Positions 42,001 to 54,805 of a stretch of DNA of 64,000 bases are shown in pieces. The notes beneath the pieces are model-generated. The model did not search any database, had not been told where the DNA came from, and saw only the letters and a list, made by a program, of their open reading frames with translations. The stretch lies in IMG/VR virus record IMGVR_UViG_3300026549_000072; one strand, given 5' to 3'. Position 1 is the stretch's first letter, and every line of letters begins with the position of its first letter. Position numbers and translations under genes: made by a program. The stretch comes from an uncultured virus (IMG/VR IMGVR_UViG_3300026549_000072). Taxonomy: Duplodnaviria; Heunggongvirae; Uroviricota; Caudoviricetes.

Positions 42001-45000
42001 CGCAGCAGAGCTTGCAAGAGTTCAGGGCGAAATGGCAAGCGCCGAACAAAACAAAAAGAATCCATATGCTGATCAAGTTAAAGAAATACTTGATGCACAA
42101 TATAGATTTTTGGATCTCAGTAATAAGAGAGAAAATGTTGGCCTAAGTACTCTTGAAATATCAGCGCTTGAAACTGCTAAACAGAAATATGAAGAGTTAT
42201 ATGACAGTTTATCGCAGATTAATGATAAATCAGAAGACCTTACAAATGCACTTAATCGTGTCAATGAGAAAGAAAAAGAGGTTTCAAGCAAGCTTTCACA
42301 GAAATGGAGCGACTAGAGGGCTAAGCGATATGGTTCGTCTTTACTTGGAGATGATTCTGAAAAGTATTCTACAAGAGATGATGTAGTTGCTGGTTTAGGT
42401 AGATATGCTCAACGTGTTGGAGCAAAGAATTTTAACTTAATAGACAAGCAAAACATTGGTGATATCCAAAAGTATCGAGCAGAGGTACAGAACCTTGACG
42501 GTAGTGTTGAATTACTTGATTTAACATTAAATCGTCATACTGGAACATTAGACGCTGTGTCTAAAGGAACTCGACAAGCCACATCTTTCTTCGAATCATT
42601 TGGCGAGGGTTTAAAGCGTAGGGCTATAAATCTTGCCCAATACGCAATGACGTTTGCTTCTGTGAGAACGGCGATTCAAGGTATAAGAACGGCTATTAAT
42701 AATGTCAAGGATCTTGACTCTGCGTTTGTTGAACTTTCAAGAATATCTCATGACTCTTCTGCTGCTCTTGAGGAATTCAGAAAGAAATCGTTTGACGTTG
42801 CTGATCAAGTTGGATCTACTGCTGCTCAGGTTATTAATTCTGCCGCACAGTGGGAACATCTTGGCTACAACGTAAAAGAAGCCGGTGAGCTTGCAAAGGT
42901 TTCTTCTATATATAAGAATATTGCCGATGGTATGTCAAGTGATTCCGAGGCCACTGAAGACCTTGTTGCAATCATGAAGGCATACGGCTTCCAAGCAAAT
43001 CAAGCTATCGATGTAACAGATGCCCTTATTGCAGTCTCTAACAACTATGCCGTTACTGCTGCCGATATCGGAAATGCGTTAAAGCGTTCGGCATCTGCAA
43101 TGTCTGTTGCAAACAACACCTTTGAACAAAACGTCGCTTTAGCTACTGCAATGGCTGAAGTTACGCAGAATGCTGAAAAGAGTGGTAGCGCACTTCAGGT
43201 TCTTTCTCTGAGAATTCGTGGTGCTAAAACTGAGCTTCAAGAAATGGGCGAAGATACAGATGATATGGCTTCATCTACTTCTAAGCTTAGAGCACAAGTC
43301 AAGGGTCTTACTAAAGGCTTTGATATCATGAAGGATGATAAGACGTTTAAATAGACGTATGAAATCATGAAGGGTATTGCGGCTGTTTGGGATGACCTTG
43401 ATGATATATAGAGGGCATCACTTCTTGAAACTCTTGCGGGTAAGGTTCGTGCGAACCAGGTAGCCGCATTGCTTGATAACTTTAGTCAAGCAGAGAAAGT
43501 TCTTCAGACTATTGCTGAAGATGAAGGAACTGCCATCGCTAACAACGAGGCAAAGCTAAATACCATTGAAGCTCGTATCACAAAATTCAAAAACGCCACA
43601 CAACATCTTACTGCTGATATCTTTCAGCCAGAGTTAATTAAGGATGTTATTGACGGCGGAACTAAATTAGTTAACATTCTCGATACAATTATCCAGAAGA
43701 CAGGCGCTTTAACTCCAGTAATGGGATTGCTTGGGGCGGCAACGACAGCTAAGGGTGGTGGCATAGTCGGTGGACTTCGAGATGCATATAAAAATAGTAA
43801 ACAACCATATGTAAATCCATATGCTGGTGTATCTGTAAGCCAAGGGCAATTTGAAGTATATCAATCTATGTTTGAAAATAATATGCTTGATTCGGATATG
43901 GCAACCAAAGCTCTTAGCACATTTGACCAGAAACAGATTGATCTTATGGATCATATGGTTAAAAATAATATGGCTTTTGTCCAACAGTCACAGGCGCTTC
44001 AACAACTTGGCGAATCCGCAAAAGAAGGCACATCTTTGTTATCTGGATTTGCAAATAAAGCCTCTGTTGCTTTTAGCAAGTTTGGTGACGTTCTGTTAAA
44101 TGCTGGAATTTCTATGCTTATTAGCGCCGCTATATCCAAGATGGTAGAATTTGGCGTTGCAGTAGCTACATTTAATAACACGATGGCTAGTCTGCGTTCA
44201 TCTTCAGGCACAGAGCTTAAAGAATACAATGAATCGCTTGATGAGTATAAAGGCAAAATTAATGACCTTTATGGTGTAATCAATGATGAGAACTCTTCCA
44301 TCGAGCAAGTTACAAAAGCTAGAAAAGATTTAAGAGAAATACAAAAACAAATCATTGATATGTGTGGGGACGAGGCTACCGCCCTTGGTATCGTCACTGA
44401 TGCAATCAATGGTCAAACTGATGCGCTTGATAAACTCAGCGAGAAGAAATATTATGAACTTCTTGATGCTTATGCTAATCAACGCAATTCGGCACAAGGT
44501 AAAGTTAATCGTTTCTTTACTGGATTATATGATAAAGCGAACGGTCGTAAAACATACAATACAGCGCAGGAAGAAATTCAAGCATCTATTGAAAATTATA
44601 CCGCAGACTTAGAAGGTGTATTCCGTGGCATCGGTATTGAAGAAGTTCGGAATGTATTTAAGACCTCTAAACATAATTATCAGTTTGGTGAATTTGATTA
44701 GAATGTTACCGGCAATGTAAATGATATTATTGAAGATACGGAACGGGCATTAGAAGTTCTCGATAAGTATCATAACCGTATTGGTAATGGTATTTCTCGG
44801 GAAGCTTATGATAAAACAGAACGTGTTCTTAATGAAGCATTGTCTAAGGCAAGAGCAAATCGTGATGGATCAATTGAGTTATATAACCAGATGCTTCAAT
44901 ATCAGTTGTTGCCAGGGGATTCTGCATATCGTGAAGCGAGCCGTAAAGCACAAGAAGCACAAACAAAGTTCAACAAAGCTAAAAGTACAGAACAAGAGAA

Positions 45001-48000
45001 TGAAGCAATTGATAGTTTCAATAAAGTAATTCAAGGCGTTAGTGGAGAAAATAAAGATCGCATACTTGGATTATTTAAAGATCTTTATCCTGTATTGTAT
45101 GCAGAGGCTGAGAAATGGGAATTTAAAGTACAGATAAAAGCGGATGATGGTAAATTAAAAAAGGACATCAAAGAAAAGATTGATGCGATTTCTGCCGCTG
45201 TTGGTCATACAGTTACCCAGGAAGAACTCAGTAATTGGGATGAAAGTGTTCATAACCCAAGTGCGAATACTGCATATGGCGCTTACACATCCCTCCTTGG
45301 TCAATATGGAATGGGCGCTCAAACTGGCAGTGAATATGCGGCACAGGCAGGAGCCTTAAGCACTGATAATCTTGAGGAGCTTAAAAGGCAAATAAGCTCT
45401 ATAAACGATGACATCTTAGAAGACATTGATGAAACTATTCTTGCTGCTGTCAAAGATGTAAATGGATTACCAAATAAATTTAAATCTATTTATAATCGAA
45501 TTCGTCGTAATTTTGATAATGATACAGATGCTATTATTGCAACATTAAAACTAATTCCTCGTGAGGCTGAAAAAGCTGGTAATCAAACAGAAAAGAGTTT
45601 AAGTGGTCTTGACTTATCTGATACTGCATAGCACTTAAATAAGTTAGCCGAAGTAATTGGTAAGATTCAGGATAAAGGCACAGTTCCTTATACCACACTT
45701 GGCGCTAAAGATTTTGAAGATGCATTTGGCAAAATAGATGATTCTACTGGAGAAGCTAAAAAAGCGTATGATGATTTCATGAAGACTGTATCCTCTACTA
45801 AGGATATGGATGAAGTTATCGACAAAGCCAACAAGCTTGCTACAGCATATTTTAATAATAGCGAATAGATGAAAAAGCTCACAGCTGATAATGCTGTGTT
45901 TGTTGAAGGTATGCTTAGCGAGAATGGTGTTTCAAATGCACACGAAGTTGTTGCTGCGGCTTTAGCAAAACAAGCTGCATCAGCAGAACTTGCGGCATGG
46001 AATGATTCTCAGCTTGAACAAAATGAAGTAAATCTTCGTGATGCTACATCTGATAATATTGAAGTTGGTCTTGAGAATGCCGCTGCATTTATTGCACAAA
46101 AAGATGCTGCTGATCCTGCAACCGCCGCACTTGCAAATTTGATGTTCCAAGAGGCAATGCTTAGTGGTGCAGATATTGATACGACTGCGGCTCAAGCATC
46201 GCTTCAAGCGTTAGGTCAAGCCGCTGGTATGTCTGCGGCACAAATTGCCACTGCTATTTCATTAATGAATGCGGCTTCAAGCGCCGCATCAAAAGCTGCT
46301 GTTAAAGCTAAAGCTGCTGCGGCAAATGCTGGTAAAAATCCTCGTGGAAAGGATGGCGGTGTCGTATGGGGTTCTGAAGAATGGAATGCTCAAATGGCCG
46401 CTTACAATCAGGCTAAACAAGCTGAAAGTATTGCAGAAATGAATGCTAAGATGCTTGAAGATTTAAAGATTGAGCCTATTTAGACTGGTAGTTCTGGTGG
46501 TGGCGGAGGTGGCGGAGGAGGTGGCAATAAAGAGCCATCGAAAACCGACAAAGAATGGGACTGGGCGGCTCGTAAAGCTGAACTCCTTCAGCGTGATAAT
46601 GATAGACTTCGTGAGGCAGTCAACAGCGAGTATGTAATCCTTCAAGACCGTAAGGCCAACATTGTAGATTATAATAAAGCGATGGAAAAGCTGGAAGATG
46701 TCAAGGGCCAGCTTACCGCTATGGGTGTTGATGTTGAAGGTGAAGAGTTCCAGAATCTTATAAATACCATTGACCTTAGCGGTGCCGCAGATGATATTAC
46801 GAGCAATGTTGATAGTATTGAAGGCGAATATGCGAAGATAATAGACCTATCCGATGAGGCGGCTGTTAAAGATTTCTTTGGTGTTAGCGGAGAGGGCGAA
46901 GGTGCTATTAACCGTGAGATTCAACTCATGGCTCAGTATTCCAAGATTATGGATGAGCTTGCTGAGACTTCTGATTATGCATCTAAGACTCTCGATGAAA
47001 ATGGACGTGGTAAGTTATCCATTATTGAAGATTTAATCGAGTCTGATAAACAGCAAATTGAATTCTATAAACAGCAGAAAGCACAATACGCCGCTGAAGC
47101 TGAAGGATATAAAGAAGAAATCCTTAAAGCTTTCGATAAAGATGAAGCTCTACAATGGATTAAGGATATTGAAGAGGGTAATGTTAACCCAGAAAAATGG
47201 GAGCAGTTATCTACCTATGATTCTAATGACCAGAAGGCCAAAGATAAATACGAGTCTGTTGATCGTATGCTTAAGGCTAAGCAGAAGGAAGAAGAAGCTG
47301 ATGATAACATCCACAAAAAGATGCTACAGCTTGTTGAGGATGAACAAAACCGCTTCCAAATTCAGCTTAACATTGTAAAAGCCAAGCAAGAAGAAGTTCA
47401 ATCGCTGATTGATGAAGCTCAACACGAGCTTGATATGAAAGAGATTCTTGGCGAGGTTGTTACTGAAAGTGATTATCAACATCTTATTGACCTTAATGAC
47501 GATTTAATTGCTTCATATCGTGAGCAGATTGATATTCTTCGTGACCAAGCTGATGAACTTGATGAGGGTGAAGGTGCTTGGTATGATGTTCAGTCTCAAA
47601 TCAGAGATTGCGAATCTGCTATTCGAGACGCTGTCAAACAGCAAGCTGAGTGGAACGATACCATTCTTCGTATGCCTGTCGAAAACATTTCTCGCTTCTT
47701 AGGTCTTATCAAGAATCTTGGTCAGACACTAAAGAACTGGTTATCTGTAAATGATGCCAAGGGTATTGCTCAGAATGCAGAACAGATTCAAACCTCTTGG
47801 ACTACCGCTTACGACCAGATTGCCGATGATGAACTTGGTCTTATGAAGCAACTCGAAGACTACGAAGAGCTTCTTGAGAATTATGACTTAGGAAGCACGA
47901 AGTTCTCTGAAGTTGATGATGAGATTCAAAGTGCAAGAGATTCTGTTGAATAGCTTGTTGAGGAAATGATTGAGCTGAACAAACAGCTTCTTACTATTCC

Positions 48001-49554
48001 TATTGATAAGCTTTCAGAGATGACCACCTATCTTGATGGTACACTCTCCGACCTTCAGTCTATCCAGTCCGAATATGAGACAACTATCAATACAGTTATC
48101 GACCTTATCACCGAACAGCAAGATAATCTTGAGGAAGAATATAACGAACTTGAGAAGTCAATCGAAGACCAAATCAAACCTCTTCAGGATCAGCTCGACC
48201 TACTTGGCAAATAGAATGACCAGAGAGACCGTGAGCTTGCCATCGAGAATGCTTTATTTGAACTTGAAAAAGCTCGTGAACAAAAGACCGTTCAGGTTAT
48301 TCGTGATGGTCGTGTACAGTATGAGGTTGATGAATCTGCCGTAAGAAATGCTCAGCAAGGTTACGATGATGCTCTTTATAATAAACTTACCGGCGACCTG
48401 CAAGATAAGATTGACGACCTAAATGACCAGCTTGAAAAAGCTCGTGAGTCTACTGATGACCAGGTTGAAGCTCTTGAGGATATGAAGAAGAATCGCTGGG
48501 AGACTATCATCCCAGATACAGAGCGTGCAAGGAATGAGGAAATTGCCACACAGGTATTTACTGATTTGTTCGGCGCTACTAACTGGAAGGAGCTTGTTCT
48601 TGCGGGACAGGACGCTAATGGTGTATTTGCTGATGAAGCTATATACCAAGGAATGCGTCAGAGCTACGGAACCAATTCAGAACAGCAACGTGATACTCAG
48701 CGTCAGATTGATATCAACAACATAATCACCGAATCGCTTACTCGTTTAGTTGAAGACTTCCAAGCAGATAAGATTAACTCTGAAGAACTTTCTGCTAAGG
48801 TCTCAACACTTATGAACTTCGTCAACGATGGGTTAATCACTGGACAAGAACGTCTTGAGAATACTCTCTCACTTGGAGATTACTCTAATCTTGGTGCGGC
48901 ATTAACAGATGCAAGTCGTCAACGCAACGATCAGATGGATATCTTCAATGAGAATCTCGCTATCGCTCAGGAGAATAGAGACCAGGTCAACGAACTTATT
49001 GGACGCTGGGATGATTTCAAAGTCTGGTACGATGAAACGTATAAGCAACTTTACGAACAATATAAGCTATTGACTTTATTGGTGATACTGTTGCTAAATG
49101 GCGTGATGATTATGACGATGATGATGGTGCTGAATATGGTGGCATTTGGGAGGGAGAATCTCGAAACCCCGATGATTATCGTGGCGATGCAAGTTATAAT
49201 GATGTTGGTCATTATGCTGATGGTTTGGAAAAAGGATAGATTGGAAGCCTTCCGTCTTCAGAGCGTTTTAAAGCTATCCAGGCTCTTGGTCTCAAGAAAC
49301 TTGACCCAGACGAGTTCCCAGCTATTCTACATCTTGGTGAAGGTGTAATCAATCCGAAGCAACAGTCTACGATATTAGGTAATCTGCGTCAAGCATTAGC
49401 GCTTGGTGGCGCTGGAACAGGAGCTGTCATACAAATGTCGTTTGGTGATATTACTCTTCCGTCCGTTACTAACGGACAAGACTTTGCAGAGTCTCTTGCG
49501 GCTCAGTTCCAACCTGCTATGAACCAAGTGTTCTAGAAAATCTTTAGACGTTAA
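39008..49554 (+). CDS. Tape measure protein (about 3500 aa); about 21 in-frame TAGs and one -1 frame break near 49065
   Basis: All ORF-track fragments from 39113 to 48482 are in one frame and are joined only by TAG; TMP core (AVSNNYAVTAADIGNALKRSASAM, SLRIRGAKTEL); the C-terminal HYADG..PAILHLGEGV continues in the -1 frame to TAA 49552. Confidence 0.85.
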
Positions 49555-49560
49555 TAATTG

Positions 49561-49592
49561 CCGCCCGTCTTTAATTAGATGGGCGGTGTTTT
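49561..49592 (+). terminator. Intrinsic terminator after TMP
   Basis: CCGCCCGTCT/AGATGGGCGG stem followed by TGTTTT. Confidence 0.7.
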
Positions 49593-49806
49593 CATACTAA
49601 CAAATCTGAGTTTGTTTGTAATTAACATTTATGCGGACTTATGTTGATTATAATTAGCAATCTGAGAAGATATAGAGAACTCCAACAAGGGCACGAGAAC
49701 TAATCTCCTGCCCTATTATTATCCGAGTATTTGGCTGCTTTCAAACCGAGTATTTGTTAGAGATACACAGCCGATATAGGAGTGCGTTTAAAAGGAGGTG
49801 GGCGTA

Positions 49807-49986
49807 ATGCCACGTATCAACTACAACACGATTCCATACGAAAGACAGTGGAGTACAGGAGAACGTGTCATTTCAAATAGTTTCTACAATCCCGATAAAG
49901 ACTACAGTGAAGACGAAGAAACGTACCGAGGATATTACACTCATGATCTGTTTGGGCTGAAAGTCGAAGCCGGTGTGAAAGGATAA
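49807..49986 (+). CDS. Small hypothetical protein
   Basis: AGGAGGTG RBS before MPRINYN. Confidence 0.6.
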   Translation: MPRINYNTIPYERQWSTGERVISNSFYNPDKDYSEDEETYRGYYTHDLFGLKVEAGVKG

Positions 49987-49987
49987 A

Positions 49988-50185
49988 ATGGATATTTCAT
50001 ATAATTACAGTGTCTGTGAACACTGTTCAAATAACCCAAAGAACAACCCAAACGCAAGTGGCATCTGCTGCTGCTCTCTACCATATATGACTACTACTGG
50101 CACTGCGACTACTAATACGTATACATATGGTACGACTACTACCTATGAATATGTGCCGAAATTTACAAATACAACACAAGGATAA
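49988..50185 (+). CDS. Small Cys/Thr-rich hypothetical protein
   Basis: CEHCSNNP..GICCCSLP. Confidence 0.65.
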   Translation: MDISYNYSVCEHCSNNPKNNPNASGICCCSLPYMTTTGTATTNTYTYGTTTTYEYVPKFTNTTQG

Positions 50186-50205
50186 AAAGGAGGATTGATT
50201 CAAAG

Positions 50206-50379
50206 ATGAAACTGTATACCACCATTGAAATAGTACTTATGAATGGCGATAAACATGTATGGCATGAGGATGAATGGGATGACTATGAGTATGACGGCAA
50301 GATGTTTATCATCAAGAATGCTGGTGCATGGGTTGGTATGTATAACATTAATGTGATTAACAATATCATTGTTGAATAA
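50206..50379 (+). CDS. Small hypothetical protein
   Basis: AGGAGG upstream; MKLYTTIEIVLMNGDKHVWHEDEWDDYEYDG; TAA stop. Confidence 0.65.
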   Translation: MKLYTTIEIVLMNGDKHVWHEDEWDDYEYDGKMFIIKNAGAWVGMYNINVINNIIVE

Positions 50380-50391
50380 GGAGAAAAAGGA

Positions 50392-50664
50392 ATGAACAAG
50401 AATTATGAATCTTTTAGAAACGGCATTATGTACGTTATGAGAACTAGCGGGCTTGAGCTTGGCGCTATCTTCTATGTTTTAAAGGATATCCTTAGAGAAG
50501 TTGAAGAAATGTATTCTAACACTATCCGTCAGGAAATTGAAGAGGAAGAGCGTAGACAGCGTGAGGCTGAAGAAACGAGAAAGACTGAGGATGAGGCTAA
50601 GACTTTGCCAGACCCTGAATTCGAAGACGTACATGTCGAGGCTGATAATGACGCAAAGCTATAA
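50392..50664 (+). CDS. Hypothetical protein
   Basis: 90-aa ORF with RBS. Confidence 0.65.
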   Translation: MNKNYESFRNGIMYVMRTSGLELGAIFYVLKDILREVEEMYSNTIRQEIEEEERRQREAEETRKTEDEAKTLPDPEFEDVHVEADNDAKL

Positions 50665-50917
50665 CGATATTATTCAACAAATAGCTGAGATTATTACCGA
50701 TACCGTACATAAAGCTCTCGCATCCGAGGGTGAGTATGATAGAACATATACCGCATTTGTAGTTGAGAAAATCGGCGCAAACAAATATACCGTAGAATAC
50801 AATGGAGGTCAACATACGGCGAGATCTAATATCTCGCTGTCGGTTGGCGATATGGTTATGGTATGTTCTCCATGTAATAACGACTCGGCTTTATTTGTTG
50901 TTACAAAGGTAAGCTAA
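50648..50917 (+). CDS. Small OB-fold-like tail/baseplate protein
   Basis: YDRTYTAFVVEK..YTVEYNG..LSVGDMVMVCSP. Confidence 0.6.
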   Translation: MTQSYNDIIQQIAEIITDTVHKALASEGEYDRTYTAFVVEKIGANKYTVEYNGGQHTARSNISLSVGDMVMVCSPCNNDSALFVVTKVS

Positions 50918-50918
50918 A

Positions 50919-52196
50919 ATGCAAGCTGAAATTTATTCTATAACACCATTTGACTAGGCTATAGGAAGCACCTTTGAATATAACTGGAGCGCAACACAAC
51001 GATATGTTGAACTGACAATTAGAGATGGTTCAACCACATCATCTAATATCGTCTATCAAAGTGGTAAGATTGAAACTAACTTAAAGCAGGTGTCTGTACC
51101 GGCGAACTCAGGACTCCAGAACGGTCAGACATATTATGCTTTTATCAAGATTACTGATTCAAACGGTAACAACAACGATAATTATAATGCTGGCAAGATG
51201 TTTTACTGCCGAGCGACACCAGAGTTTAATTTTGTATGGAACGATACAGAGACCCCTGTTACGAACGGCAAAAGATTTCTTAAAGCATTCTCGTTTTCAT
51301 TTACAGTAGAGTATTCGCAAAGTGATGGTGAGCGACTTGACTCTTGGTCTATAACGCTTTATTCATCTGATAGAATTCCGATGTCTACATCTGGAACGAT
51401 GTACAATGTACCACATACATCGAGCGGAAATACTGTAAGTGCCACACTCTCCTATCCTTTTTCTGGATTTAGTGATTCAAACGATTACTTAATTCGTGCC
51501 CAGGGTAAGACTCAGAACGGTATTAGTGTTGATACTGGTTATGTTGGTATCACTTCGAACTATTCAACGAAGTCAATCTTTGCCGTACTACAGGCGGATA
51601 ATGTTCCGACTGAAGGTAAGATATATGTACATTCCAATATCGTTTCTTCGGTGTGTAAAGTTTATAACCCTGACGGTAAAGAAATACCTGAGTCACAACT
51701 TGGTTCGCATGGGCTTTTATATTTAAGCGATTACACAAACCCATCTGATAATACTAGAGTGAATGGTAATCACGCTCTTATTCTCCCAGAAGGTTATTAT
51801 ATGGAAATTGACGATGGTTTCTCGCTCGGCGGTGATTTCTCAATGTCATTGATTTTTATTAATCCAGAGCCGAACAAACCATTAGTTACATTTGTGAACG
51901 TTAACAGCAATTATAATACCTATCTTTATTATCGTGTTGGGAAATTTAAGAGTGACTGGGCTGATAGTCCGACTGGAGAGCAAGCCTGTTTTGAATTGAT
52001 TGTTGACGGCAAGCTTAGAGATATATATGTAAGCGACGTATTTAATCGTGTTGGCGAAGATGAACGTGTAGGTGTTGTAATCATCAGAGAGGACAATCGC
52101 TTCCATTTAGTTTCGAAGACTGGATTCAGGTTAACCAATGTGGCAGTCGATCCTGTTGAATCTTATGCTACATCCGAAAAGGAGAACATTGGATAA
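50919..52196 (+). CDS. Tail/baseplate protein (FN3/Ig-like, beta-rich); 1 in-frame TAG
   Basis: ATG immediately after the upstream stop; TAG at 50955 (codon 13). Confidence 0.7.
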
Positions 52197-53134
52197 TGTT
52201 TTTAGGAACATTGCTGTGTAGTGGTGCTCCGAAGTACTAGATGTATAGCGGTTTAAATGAAACCGCAACATACGAAACGCTCAAGTATCAAAGCACAACA
52301 ATAGATGACATCTACGCATCGGCACACATACTACACGATTTTGATTGGGTACTCCCGAATAACTGGGATTACCATATTGTATTACATGCTATGTTCACCA
52401 ACGGAGATATGAACGCAGGTAACGCCATATTCCGTGATGCAACAAAGATTATGTTAAAGAAACGTATTAAAGGAACTTTCGACTGGAAGACAATTTACAT
52501 TCGTGACATTAGCACAGAGATACAGAACAGTCTTCAAGCGTTGAATATAGAGTACGATGATTATCTGGAACCAAATAAGAAAGATATTGAATACGCATAT
52601 ACTGCCATTATTGGCGGCAAAGAAACTGACCCAGTGCTCGCTGACACATCTTCATTCTTCTATTGCTATTATCTTGTTGGACAGTATCAGGATGGTGGTG
52701 AACAGCCGCATTATCCTTGTATGTTTAATATATCTCATCAGTTATCTCTACATCGTCCGTCCGCCACTGTAATATCACCAGGTTCAAAGTACCCATATGT
52801 TGTTAATAATGGTTCAACAAAATATTATGGTGGAAACTTTAGTGTGACGTTTATGCCGCATGATGACGAGATGCTACCAATACCAGAGCACGGTGCTACT
52901 CTTCGGAACACGATTGATGAATTTTTAACAGATGGTTACCCGAAGATTCTCAAAACTTATGATGGCGATATTTATATGGCTGCTATTACTGGTGATATCT
53001 CTAGAAATAATGGACAACACTATCAGAATATCGGTCAGTCATGGGAGTGGGTAGAGGTTGGCGATCCAAACGACTGTGGTGACTTATATGATTATGGGTT
53101 TATAAATACTGATATAGGTCGAAGCGGAGGTTAA
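52196..53134 (+). CDS. Distal-tail/baseplate-like protein; 1 in-frame TAG
   Basis: TAATG coupling; TAG at 52238 (codon 15); FLTDGYPKILKTYDG and WVEVGD motifs. Confidence 0.7.
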
Positions 53135-53136
53135 CC

Positions 53137-54798
53137 ATGCCGTACATTCCAAGTCAAGATGAAATAAGCGCAATCAAACAAAACGTAAAAGATGTCTATG
53201 TTAAGGTCGAGCTTCTGACTGAGAATATGACAATTATTGATTCTTTAACTGGTAATTTGGTAAGCGATAGTTTTAGTTCTGATTCAAACTCTATTCAACG
53301 TAGAAACTATACATGCAATCTTGTTGTGAGTGACCATGCACGTAAGATTAATAAGAGTACGATCCTATCCGAATATCTTGTTGGCAAAGATAACAAGATT
53401 TGGATTGATAAATATATTCGAGTCTATTACGGAATTTTTTCGTACCGAGCCAAAGAAATAATTTGGTGGAGAATTGGAACCTTCACATATGTTTCTGCGA
53501 ATTATACTTTTGGTGCAACTGAATGTAATCTTTCGCTGACATGTGCTGATAAGATGTGTGACTATGATGGTACAAAAAATGGATTGATTCATCAGACAAA
53601 GTACGATGATATTACAGGTGAAAGTGCCGCCGGGTTTAAAATCCCAGCGGTTGCTCAATACGAGACGGATTCAAGTGGCAATGTGTTAAAAGACTCTAAC
53701 GGTAATCGTATTGTTAAATCATATAACAAGATTCGTGACTCTGTAATTGCGCTACTAAATCTTGCAGGTATTACTGACTACGAGGTTGGATATTATCCTG
53801 CCGGAAGAGATATTGTGCCTTATGACTTGGAGTTTAGTGGCGAGGTTGTTTATACCACGGTATGGAATGCGCTTAGAGATTTATACCCAAGCTGGGAATA
53901 TTTCTTCGATGTTGATGGTCGTTTTATATGGCGTAAAATCCCAACGGGTAAAAACGAATCCGTTGCTATTAATGATGAAATCATCGATGATATATATGTA
54001 ACAGAAAGTACAAGTAGCAGTTTTGCAGGTATATATAATTGTACTGAAGTATGGGGAAAGACATTCACCCTGACAAATGAAGACCGCTATGCAAATACTT
54101 CTACATATAATGCATCGTCAAATACATATACTATTACCATCCCGTTAATTAAGAAAAATGGTGTTACCACAGGGAATACTTCTCCACTATCATATTTCTG
54201 TCAGGGCGACAAGATAGCTTTTAGGGTGTTTAACACGAATACCTCGGCCTCTCCAAAACTTATCATTAAAGGAACAGACGGCACAACTATAAGTGCTCTG
54301 CCAATTGTTGATAGTGCTGGTGATGCTTTGGGAGCTAGGGTTCTCCCGACATCTTCTACTGGTAAAATTTGTGTCTTTACTTATCGTCAAAACATTAAAG
54401 CGAATTTGAATGTTCAAGGTGTGTATCTTAATGGGCAGACCCAAGCGTATGGATATTACGAAGAGACAAACCCTGATTGTCCATTCTCAACGGCTAATAT
54501 AAAGAAGAATGTAAAACGAATCATCAAAGAGACATTGTTCTCAGATGACCTTTGTTATAATCAGGCTGAATATGAAACATATAAGACATGCGCTATGAAA
54601 GATACTATTACTCTTACTATGTTGATTGTCCCCTGGCTTGAGGTAAATCAAAAGGTGTCTTTCACATCAAAACTAACTGGCGTAACTGAGCAATATATGA
54701 TTTCGAATATATCATGGTCAACACTTGATGGTACGATGACTATGAGTATGTATAAATTCCTCGAAGACTTTGAGTATGTCAAGAATCAAGGGAGTTAA
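53137..54798 (+). CDS. Tail hub/baseplate protein (DUF5048-like)
   Basis: VPYDLEF, LRDLYPSWEYFFDVDGRF and VPWLEVNQKV motifs; TAG-free. Confidence 0.65.
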   Translation: MPYIPSQDEISAIKQNVKDVYVKVELLTENMTIIDSLTGNLVSDSFSSDSNSIQRRNYTCNLVVSDHARKINKSTILSEYLVGKDNKIWIDKYIRVYYGIFSYRAKEIIWWRIGTFTYVSANYTFGATECNLSLTCADKMCDYDGTKNGLIHQTKYDDITGESAAGFKIPAVAQYETDSSGNVLKDSNGNRIVKSYNKIRDSVIALLNLAGITDYEVGYYPAGRDIVPYDLEFSGEVVYTTVWNALRDLYPSWEYFFDVDGRFIWRKIPTGKNESVAINDEIIDDIYVTESTSSSFAGIYNCTEVWGKTFTLTNEDRYANTSTYNASSNTYTITIPLIKKNGVTTGNTSPLSYFCQGDKIAFRVFNTNTSASPKLIIKGTDGTTISALPIVDSAGDALGARVLPTSSTGKICVFTYRQNIKANLNVQGVYLNGQTQAYGYYEETNPDCPFSTANIKKNVKRIIKETLFSDDLCYNQAEYETYKTCAMKDTITLTMLIVPWLEVNQKVSFTSKLTGVTEQYMISNISWSTLDGTMTMSMYKFLEDFEYVKNQGS

Positions 54799-54805
54799 TT
54801 TATAA

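Noticed and set aside
49066..49348. Hydrophobic C-terminus of ORF 48482-49348 as transmembrane segments
   Set aside because: It is out-of-frame translation after the frame break; the -1 frame encodes the plausible TMP end.
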